From assembly GCA_964416505.1 (NCBI GenBank), contig CAYQEJ010000006.1:13827-77826 (forward strand): a stretch of 64,000 nt of DNA. Direction: 5' to 3'. Positions within the stretch are counted from its first letter, which is position 1. Every line of letters begins with the position of its first letter. The position numbers and the translations under genes were made by a program. Of this stretch, positions 18,999 through 26,623 are shown one piece after another. Below the pieces are notes generated by a model. That model was not told where the DNA came from, ran no database searches, and saw nothing but the letters and a program-made list of their open reading frames with translations. This stretch comes from an uncultured Gammaproteobacteria bacterium (GTDB taxonomy: Bacteria; Patescibacteriota; Microgenomatia; Levybacterales; UBA12049).

Positions 18999-20060
18999 TT
19001 AATGGGGTAAAAATTGAGCTATGTTTTGCGAATTCAAGTTTATTATAGCATTCTTAGCAAGCTTTCCTTCGACAATTAATCTAGCGATTTTTCTACAAAC
19101 TCCCTCTATACTCCTTTCTAAAGTTCTTATTCCTGAGTCATATCCCAAAGGTCTCACGATAAGAGGCCATACATCATCATTCATTTTTATAGTACCAGGG
19201 GTTAAGCCACTATTAACTGCGATTTTAGGAAACAAATAATTTTTACCAATCATAAATTTTTCTTCGTCTGAGTAAGAAGGCATTTGAATAAGCTCAAGAC
19301 GATCCAATACAGCAGTAGCTATATTCGTTGTATTATTTACAGTAGCCACAAAAAGAACTTCTGACAGATCTATTGGATAATCCACATAATGATCTGTGAA
19401 TGCTTGATTTTGTTCAGGATCCAAGAGTTCAACTAAAACTCCCATAATATCAGCTCGAGCCGATTCCGTTACGCGATCTAATTCATCTAAAAGAATTACA
19501 CTGTTTTTTGATTTTGCATGAATCATTTTTTTTATTATTTGTCCTGGCTCAGCATCTGCATAAAGACGCGATTGTCCTCTCAAATCTCTAACATCTCCCA
19601 TTCCTCCAAGAGGAATTCTTTCAAAATTTCTCCCAAGACTTTCTGCGATCGAATGCGCAAGAGTTGTTTTTCCGGTTCCAACCAGTCCTACCAAGCAAAG
19701 TATTGGAGCTCTATTAGACTTCTGGCCATTTTTTAAATTTAAGATAAGAGAGGCTAAATATTCCAAAATTCTATCTTTTACTTCTACAAGTCCGTAATGA
19801 TTTTTATCAAGCATTTTTTTAGCATAAGCTAAATCAAGATTATCTTTAGTCTCAATTGCATATGGAATTTGAGAAATAACACTTAGATAATTTGCAACGC
19901 TTTCTAAATTGCTATAATTTCCAGCCTGTCTTAAAGAAATTTTCAAAATATCAATCATCCCTTTTGCTTTTTCTAATAGCTCCGGAGGTAAATTCGCAGA
20001 TGCAATTTTCTTTTCTAAATTTTGGATTTGAATTTCAAATCCCTGAGCAGAACTATCCAT
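18999..20060 (-). CDS. Lon-derived AAA+ ATPase module (no LAN N-domain, no protease domain)
   Basis: Matches the Lon helical pre-ATPase region (HYGLVEVKDRILEYLA), Walker A (LCLVGLVGTGKTTLAHSIAESLGRNFERIPLGGMGDVRDLRGQSR) and Walker B (VILLDELDRV). It ends right after the AAA+ alpha subdomain (LERSIEGVCRKIARL). No Ser-Lys protease domain follows. Confidence 0.75.
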   Translation of the reverse strand: MDSSAQGFEIQIQNLEKKIASANLPPELLEKAKGMIDILKISLRQAGNYSNLESVANYLSVISQIPYAIETKDNLDLAYAKKMLDKNHYGLVEVKDRILEYLASLILNLKNGQKSNRAPILCLVGLVGTGKTTLAHSIAESLGRNFERIPLGGMGDVRDLRGQSRLYADAEPGQIIKKMIHAKSKNSVILLDELDRVTESARADIMGVLVELLDPEQNQAFTDHYVDYPIDLSEVLFVATVNNTTNIATAVLDRLELIQMPSYSDEEKFMIGKNYLFPKIAVNSGLTPGTIKMNDDVWPLIVRPLGYDSGIRTLERSIEGVCRKIARLIVEGKLAKNAIINLNSQNIAQFLPH

Positions 20061-20117
20061 AAACTAAGTATATTGTATTTAAAAATTAGTATCTAGTGTG
20101 AAGGGGTAAAACAAAAT

Positions 20118-22541
20118 TTAATAGTGAGTTTTTTTGAAAGGTCTTCTTCCGCCAGATCTAGGATTATTTCTTCGGAAATTTTCTTCGCGTTCACGTCTGA
20201 ATTGCATAGCAAGGGGGTGATCTGAAGGTCCAGCATTTGGATCATCATGACGAGGTCCTTTTAAAGGCGCAGCTTGTTCAAAATCTCCACCTCTATCATT
20301 TCTTGGTGCAAAATCTCTTCTTGGTCCACGACTTCCTCCTCTTCCCCTAAATCCTCCACCGTCTCTTCTTGGACCTCTATCTTCAAAACCACCCCGGTCT
20401 CCACTTCTTTCTCCTCCACCAGATGGCTTATCAGCATCAGGACCAAATTTCATTGAAAGATTTATCCTTCCCTGTTCATCAATCTCAATAACCCTAACTT
20501 TTACTTTATCTCCAATATTAACTACGTCTGCCGGATTTTTTACGTACTCTGAAGACATCTGAGATACATGAACCATTCCTTCTTTTCCAGGTAGGAATTC
20601 TACGAAAGCTCCAAATGGAAGCATTCTCTTAACTTCTGCTTCTTCAAAAATTTCTCCAGGACGTACTTCTCTCATCATATTTGAGATCCAATCAGTTGCA
20701 GACTTAACAGCTACACCATCAACTCCGGAAATAGTTACGCTTCCATCATCTTCTACATCAACCTGTGCTCCAGTTGTAGCAATAATATGTTTAATATTTT
20801 TTCCGCCTGGTCCGATAAGCTCTCCAATTTTATCTACTGGAATTTTTACTGTTTCAATCTTTGGAGCATATTCAGAAAGATTTTTTCTTGGCTCAGGTAA
20901 AGTTTTGAAAACAAGATCCAAGATCTGCATCCTTGCGGTCTTTGCACGATCTAAAATATTTTTTATTTGTTCGTCAGTAAGCCCTGGAATCTTTACATCA
21001 AGTTGAATTGCTGTAACTCCAGAATCTGTTCCTGCAACTTTAAAATCCATGTCTCCCGAGAAATCTTCAAGACCAATAATATCTGTTAGAAGTTCATATT
21101 TTTTATCATCAGACATCATTCCAATCGAAATTCCAGCAACTGGTTTTTTAATTGGAACTCCTGCATCCATAAGAGCTAGCGTAGAACCGCAAGTTGAAGC
21201 CATAGAGCTTGATCCGTTTTGAGACAAAACCTCCGAAACAACTCTAATTGTGTAAGGAAAATCAGCTTGAGATGGAATAACAGCTTCAAGCGCTCTTTCA
21301 GCTAATGCACCATGTCCAATTTCACGTCTAGATGGAGTCCCAACACGTCCAGTTTGACCAAATGAATAAGGAAGCCCTGAATAATGATGAATATATCTCT
21401 TTTCTTCTTCTCCTTCTGCTGATTCAATAAGCTGTCCCATTCTAGGAGATCCTAAAGTCGCAATAGATAATGCTTGAGTTATTCCTCTTTGAAAAAGCGC
21501 TGATCCATGAGTACGGGGTAAAATTCCAACTCTTGCCTGAAGAGGTCTTATTTCATCCATTTTTCTTCCGTCTGCTCTTTTACCTTTTTCAATAACATTT
21601 GATCTAATGATCTTAAACATCACTTTTTCAATTGCAGCAGCAATAGTCTTCTTATCTAATTCTGAAGATGAGTCTTTGAGCTTTGTATCTTCATAAATTT
21701 TGTCAATTAAAGCTCCAGTTTCATCTCCGCCACCTTCTTTATTTACCCGAGATTCAATAAGATTTTGAACATCTTCCTTATATGATTTTTCAATTATTCC
21801 AATTACTTCATAAAGACCTGTTTCTTCCGGAACTGCTAATTTTTCCTGTCCTGCTTTTGCAGCTAATTCTTCTATTCCTTTAATTATGGTTTGTGTCTCA
21901 ATATGTGCTTTTTCAATTGCTTCCATCAAAGTCTCTTCTGGAATTTGATTTGCTCCAGCTTCAATCATGACAGTTTTATCTTTACTTTGAGAAACTACGA
22001 GGTCGAGATCTGAAAATTGCTGCTCTAATCCTGGGTTAATAATGCATGCACTTCCTCCACCTTCTACATTTTCTTTAACACAACCGATTCTTACCGCTCC
22101 GATTGGACCATTCCAAGGAATTCTTGAGATCGCAATTGCAGCTGAAACAGCATTCAAAGCTACTATATCTGCATCATTTTCACCATCAACCGATAATACA
22201 GTTACGATTACTTGAACTTCATTTTTAAAAGCCTTAGGGAAAAGTGGTCTAACAGAACGATCGATTAGGCGTCCTGCAAGAATTGCTTCATCACTTGGTC
22301 TTCCTTCTCTTTTTACCCAACGTGAACCTTTAATTTTTCCACCTGCATAAAGACGCTCTTGGTATTCAATCGACAATGGAAAATAATCTAAATCGGTTTT
22401 TCCACCTTCAACAACCGTAACCAAAACTACGGTATCTCCCATGCGAGCCAAAATTGAAGATGTTGACTGAATAGCCAACTCTCCTGTTTCAAAGGATAAT
22501 TTTTTTCCTGCTAATTCTATTTCTATTGAGGCTTTTTTCAT
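20118..22541 (-). CDS. pnp: polyribonucleotide nucleotidyltransferase (PNPase) with ~110-aa Arg/Gly-rich C-terminal extension
   Basis: Two RNase PH domains, KH and S1 domains (GEIFEEAEVKRMLPFGAFVEF). The tail is GGGERSGDRGGFEDRGPRRDGGGFRGRGGSRGPRRDFAPRNDRGGDF... Confidence 0.92.
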   Translation of the reverse strand: MKKASIEIELAGKKLSFETGELAIQSTSSILARMGDTVVLVTVVEGGKTDLDYFPLSIEYQERLYAGGKIKGSRWVKREGRPSDEAILAGRLIDRSVRPLFPKAFKNEVQVIVTVLSVDGENDADIVALNAVSAAIAISRIPWNGPIGAVRIGCVKENVEGGGSACIINPGLEQQFSDLDLVVSQSKDKTVMIEAGANQIPEETLMEAIEKAHIETQTIIKGIEELAAKAGQEKLAVPEETGLYEVIGIIEKSYKEDVQNLIESRVNKEGGGDETGALIDKIYEDTKLKDSSSELDKKTIAAAIEKVMFKIIRSNVIEKGKRADGRKMDEIRPLQARVGILPRTHGSALFQRGITQALSIATLGSPRMGQLIESAEGEEEKRYIHHYSGLPYSFGQTGRVGTPSRREIGHGALAERALEAVIPSQADFPYTIRVVSEVLSQNGSSSMASTCGSTLALMDAGVPIKKPVAGISIGMMSDDKKYELLTDIIGLEDFSGDMDFKVAGTDSGVTAIQLDVKIPGLTDEQIKNILDRAKTARMQILDLVFKTLPEPRKNLSEYAPKIETVKIPVDKIGELIGPGGKNIKHIIATTGAQVDVEDDGSVTISGVDGVAVKSATDWISNMMREVRPGEIFEEAEVKRMLPFGAFVEFLPGKEGMVHVSQMSSEYVKNPADVVNIGDKVKVRVIEIDEQGRINLSMKFGPDADKPSGGGERSGDRGGFEDRGPRRDGGGFRGRGGSRGPRRDFAPRNDRGGDFEQAAPLKGPRHDDPNAGPSDHPLAMQFRREREENFRRNNPRSGGRRPFKKTHY

Positions 22542-22603
22542 TTATTTTTCTTACTTTCCCACACACTACTAAAATTTTGAAGGTTAATGAAGTTTAATAA
22601 AAA

Positions 22604-22873
22604 TTAATCTTTCAATCCAACTTTTTTAGTAATATCTCCTGCTCTTATTTTATCAACTTTTGTTAAAAAGTTAATAAGTCTTCTTCTTTTTGCAATCATA
22701 GATAAAAGTCCACGTCTTGAATGAACATCATGACCGTGTGCTTTTAAATGCTCTGTCAATCTTTCGATTCTTGTTGTAAGAAGTGCTATCTGAACTTCTG
22801 GGCTTCCTGTATCTCCTTTTGCAGTTGCAAATTTATTTATAATTTCTTGTTTTTCTGTTGTTGTTAATGGCAT
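22604..22873 (-). CDS. rpsO: 30S ribosomal protein S15
   Basis: MPLTTTEKQEIINKF...GDTGSPEVQIALLTTRIERLTEHLKAHGHDVHSRRGLLSMIAKRRRLINFL. The ORF-track start at 22966 is an upstream extension overlapping the neighbour. The ATG at 22873 fits the S15 N-terminus. Confidence 0.85.
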   Translation of the reverse strand: MPLTTTEKQEIINKFATAKGDTGSPEVQIALLTTRIERLTEHLKAHGHDVHSRRGLLSMIAKRRRLINFLTKVDKIRAGDITKKVGLKD

Positions 22874-22904
22874 ATAGGTTCGTATTATATCAGAATTTTG
22901 AGGC

Positions 22905-23903
22905 TTACTCAACATTCGTTGAGCCCTTGTATATTTTAGGGGCCAACCAGTCTGGTGGAGCGTCATCTTTTGCCTGCGCTGAGCCTACCGACTGAACATC
23001 TTTAGGAAATTCTCTTACTCTTCTTTGTAAGCTTGCTAAGCTATCCTGAACTGGTGCTGGCTGAAATGGATTCACTGGATTAACTGGATTTGAATTAATT
23101 TGAGCTGCATTTGGTTGTGGCATTACATCATCTGTAAATGCATTTAAAGCTTGGGTATAATTTGGTCTTTGATTAGAAGCGCCTGCTGCTCTAACTGCTC
23201 CATTTCTTATAAGTATTCCCGCCATTTCAAAAGCTAAAGAGCTCGTAGATGGGCTTTGGAAATCATTTGTTGCAGCAACTATTCCACTAAGTAAATTTTG
23301 AGACACATCAGGATCTAGCGGATAAGCTAAGGTTAAAAGAATATTTGCGATTTGTTCAGAAACTGTTGATGCACCTTGACCAACTACTACAATGTCTCCA
23401 AATCCCTCATTTACTCCAGCTTTATCAATATTAACAATCGTAACTCCGTTAAGATCATTCATATTAAACATGCTTGTTAATTCTGACATTCTTCTTACTC
23501 CTATTGCTATTAAAACTTTTGGAGCTCCACCTGATCTTCTGAATAACACATCTTTCTCTCCAAATGAAAGAGAATTATCTTTAGGCTTAACAATGATATT
23601 TAAAAGGCCAGCTTCAAGAGTATATGAAACTTTTCCAATTTCATCTCCTTTATATGGGAAAGAAACTATTAAATCTCCACCAGCTCCTTCGAAAGAAGTT
23701 TTTACCCTATCGATTCCAACCAAGTTTGAGACTTCAACGAGTGGCTCTTTTGAAGAAATGATTGAAGCTGATTTACCCATTGATGTAAGAGTAAGATAAA
23801 GCGCTAAAGCTCCACCCATCTCATCAATTGTATAATTTGATCCTACAATAATTCCGAAGTTATTTTCTCTGTCAAAAATGTCTCTAAGTCTTTGAATATC
23901 CAT
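22905..23903 (-). CDS. DHH-family (NrnA-like) protein with substituted catalytic motif (DHH changed to DKA), probably catalytically inactive
   Basis: Aligns by eye to NrnA: IVNIDKAGVNEGFGDIVVVGQGASTVSEQI versus B. subtilis KIDHHPNEDPYGDLLWVDTSASSVSEMI. Motif I lacks the Asp/His. No GGGH in the C-terminal part, which is a low-complexity Pro/Asn/Gln-rich tail. Confidence 0.6.
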   Translation of the reverse strand: MDIQRLRDIFDRENNFGIIVGSNYTIDEMGGALALYLTLTSMGKSASIISSKEPLVEVSNLVGIDRVKTSFEGAGGDLIVSFPYKGDEIGKVSYTLEAGLLNIIVKPKDNSLSFGEKDVLFRRSGGAPKVLIAIGVRRMSELTSMFNMNDLNGVTIVNIDKAGVNEGFGDIVVVGQGASTVSEQIANILLTLAYPLDPDVSQNLLSGIVAATNDFQSPSTSSLAFEMAGILIRNGAVRAAGASNQRPNYTQALNAFTDDVMPQPNAAQINSNPVNPVNPFQPAPVQDSLASLQRRVREFPKDVQSVGSAQAKDDAPPDWLAPKIYKGSTNVE

Positions 23904-23934
23904 AAATTTGTAATAAGCAGTTCTATAGGCTTAT

Positions 23935-25356
23935 TTAGCTATGGCATATTACCATATCGCCTATCGCAAAGTCAATAGAAGGCCCTACTATTATTCCGGC
24001 CTCTTGACCTGCTTCAACTTTTGAGGTCTGATCTTTTCCTTGTCTAACTGAATTTATATAACCTTCCCCAATCACTTCTTCTTTTCTCTCAATCCTAACT
24101 TTATCTCCTTTAGCAACACGCCCTTCTACTACTTTTATTCCCATTACCTTTTGCTTTTCATAAGGGAAAATCGCCAAGACCTGAGCAACTCCATAAACTT
24201 CCTCGAGAAGAGACAGTGCTTTTCCTTCAACTACATCATTAATCTCATCTAGCATTTCGTAGATAATGCTGTAAGACTTTGCTAGGACTTTTTCAGTTGA
24301 AGCAAGACGCGCAATATCTGGTTTTATTTTTATATTAAATCCTAAAACAAATGCTCCGATTGACTTAGCGAGGAGTATATCAGCAGCTGTAATTTCACCT
24401 GTTTTCTTTGAAATTAAGTTTAATTTTTCTGGAATAGAAGCCGTAATTGCTTCAAGTGAACCAATTGTATCGGCAACCAGCATTATTGAAACATAGTCCT
24501 GATTATTTTTACGTTTATTTTCTTCCTTAATTTCTTTAACTTCACTCCCACGATTCACTACACTTCCTACGCTTGGAGCTTTCTCAAAACCTAAAATCTC
24601 AACAGCTTCTCCTACAGTCGCTGATTGAACCTGTTTTCCTGAATCTGAAATTAATCCTCTAACTTTTCCTGAAACTTCTCCTGTAGTTATTTCGTCTCTG
24701 ACATTTATAGTTCCATTTTTTATTATAACCGTAGCTTTCGGCCCTGCTTTAGGATCCTGCTTAGATTCAATTATAACTGCTTCAAGAAGACCTCCTGAAT
24801 TTATTTTTTCGTCCTTTGTACGAAGATCATTTACTAAAAGAATCAAATCTAAAAGTTCTTTAATGTTTGATCCTGCTTTTGCTGAAACTTCAATAATTGG
24901 CACATCTCCACCATAACCCTCAATTAAGACTTCTTCCTTCATTAATCCTTGTTTTGCTTTTTCAATGTTTTTTTGTGGATCATCAGATTTTGTTAAAACT
25001 ACTATATATGGCACTTTTGAAGCTTTAAGAAGAGAGATGCTTTCCTTTGTTTGGGGCATTACTCCATCAACAGAAGACACAATTAGAAGTCCTATATCCG
25101 CAGCTTGAGCACCTCTTCCTCTCATTTTCGCAAACGCTTCATGCCCAGGAGTATCTATAAAAGTAATTCTTCTTTTTTCCCCTTCGTGGTCTACTTCTAC
25201 AGTAGACGCTCCAATTTTTTGCGTAATTCCTCCAAATTCACGCGCTGCGACACCTGTTTTCCTGATTGTATCTAAAAGAGTGGTTTTACCATGGTCAACG
25301 TGGCCTAAGACTGCTACGACAGGAGGAAATTGATTAGATTCATTTTTTGTGTCCAT
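23935..25356 (-). CDS. infB: translation initiation factor IF-2 (minimal form: G domain + C-terminal domains)
   Basis: G1 motif AVLGHVDHGKTTLLD, DTPGHEAF and NKSD. 473 aa with no N-terminal extension. Confidence 0.9.
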   Translation of the reverse strand: MDTKNESNQFPPVVAVLGHVDHGKTTLLDTIRKTGVAAREFGGITQKIGASTVEVDHEGEKRRITFIDTPGHEAFAKMRGRGAQAADIGLLIVSSVDGVMPQTKESISLLKASKVPYIVVLTKSDDPQKNIEKAKQGLMKEEVLIEGYGGDVPIIEVSAKAGSNIKELLDLILLVNDLRTKDEKINSGGLLEAVIIESKQDPKAGPKATVIIKNGTINVRDEITTGEVSGKVRGLISDSGKQVQSATVGEAVEILGFEKAPSVGSVVNRGSEVKEIKEENKRKNNQDYVSIMLVADTIGSLEAITASIPEKLNLISKKTGEITAADILLAKSIGAFVLGFNIKIKPDIARLASTEKVLAKSYSIIYEMLDEINDVVEGKALSLLEEVYGVAQVLAIFPYEKQKVMGIKVVEGRVAKGDKVRIERKEEVIGEGYINSVRQGKDQTSKVEAGQEAGIIVGPSIDFAIGDMVICHS

Positions 25357-25392
25357 ATATTAGATTCTTGAAGAAAAGCACAATTTCTCATA

Positions 25393-26571
25393 CTAGGATT
25401 CTTTTGGGTTTTCTTCGTCTTGAGATTCAATTTTGTCTTCAGGTTTTTTTGCTTCTGGACTTTCTACTGTTTCGTTTGCTTCAGTTGCTGGATTATCATT
25501 TTCTGGTTCAACATTTTCAAGAGTTTTTACCTCACCAGTATCAGGATTTTCTGCAGTCATAGGCTTAATTTCAGAAACTTCTTCAGCTACTTCTGCTGGT
25601 TTTTCTTTAGACTCTACTGCTCCCTCTTCTCCTTCTATTTCGATTCTATATCCTGTTAATTTTGATGCTAATCTCACATTTTGACCATCCTTACCAATTG
25701 CTAATGAAAGTTCATCCTGTGGAACTTTTACGCGAGCTGTTTTCTCTTTTTCGTCAATATCAACTGTTATATTTTTTGCTGGGCTTAATGCTTGAACTAA
25801 ATAATCTCTGGCATTTTCTTGCCATTGAATAATATCTATTTTTTCAAGCCCATTGAATTCTGCGATAATTGCTTGCACTCTTACACCTTTTTGTCCTACA
25901 CATGAACCTACTGGATCAATTCCAGGCTGAGATGAATAAACTGCAATCTTCGACCTATTTCCCGGTTCTCTTTCGATAGCCTTTATTTCAACTGATCCTT
26001 GAGCGACCTCTGGAACTTCACGCTTTAAAAGCCCTTCTAAAAGACCATTATCTGCTCGGGAAACAACTACTTCTTCTCCTTTTGGACCTTCATGAATTTC
26101 TTTTAAGAAGACTGTTATCCTTTGATTCAAATGATATTTTTCATTGGAAATTTGCTCGGAAACAGGCATGACTCCTTCTGCTTTTCCAACATCCACTATT
26201 ATATTTGGACCTGCAAACCTTAGAACCATTCCATTTACTATAGTTCCAATTCTTACTTTATAATCTGTAATAATAGCTTCTTTTTCTTTTTCTCTTATTT
26301 TTTGAAGAATTACCTGTTTTGCTGTTTGAGCCGCGATTCTTCCAAAACCAGGAGGTGTTACATCTAAGTCTTTGTGAAATATTTTTGCTTCTCCACTATT
26401 TGGATCAAGAGTTGCCGAATATTCTTCAACTTCAATTTCAGGATGATCTTTTCTATAAGCCGCGAGAATAGCGTTCTGAACTGTTTCCAGAACTATATTT
26501 GCGTCTATTCCTCTTTCGTTAGCTACTTGATTTAAAGCTAGTGCGAATTCACTTCTTTGAACTGCTGGCAT
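25393..26571 (-). CDS. nusA: transcription termination/antitermination factor NusA with acidic C-terminal tail
   Basis: NusA N-domain, S1 and two KH domains (GPNIIVDVGKAEGVMPVSEQ...GSCVGQKGVRVQAII...). C-terminal Glu-rich tail. Confidence 0.9.
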   Translation of the reverse strand: MPAVQRSEFALALNQVANERGIDANIVLETVQNAILAAYRKDHPEIEVEEYSATLDPNSGEAKIFHKDLDVTPPGFGRIAAQTAKQVILQKIREKEKEAIITDYKVRIGTIVNGMVLRFAGPNIIVDVGKAEGVMPVSEQISNEKYHLNQRITVFLKEIHEGPKGEEVVVSRADNGLLEGLLKREVPEVAQGSVEIKAIEREPGNRSKIAVYSSQPGIDPVGSCVGQKGVRVQAIIAEFNGLEKIDIIQWQENARDYLVQALSPAKNITVDIDEKEKTARVKVPQDELSLAIGKDGQNVRLASKLTGYRIEIEGEEGAVESKEKPAEVAEEVSEIKPMTAENPDTGEVKTLENVEPENDNPATEANETVESPEAKKPEDKIESQDEENPKES

Positions 26572-26623
26572 AGTGGGATTAAGTATACCAGATTAGGAGG
26601 CTAGCTTCAAGGCAATAATAGAC

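Noticed and set aside
22874-22966. N-terminal 31-aa extension of the S15 ORF (MTLHQTGWPLKYTRAQRMLSKPQNSDIIRTY)
   Set aside because: S15 proteins begin MSL/MPLTxxxK. The extension overlaps the upstream DHH-like gene and has no ribosomal-protein character. The internal ATG at 22873 was taken instead.
25420-25684. Two overlapping plus-strand ORFs (79 and 83 aa) with Phe/Ser-rich translations
   Set aside because: They are antisense to the acidic, Glu-rich C-terminal tail of nusA. Low-complexity shadow ORFs.
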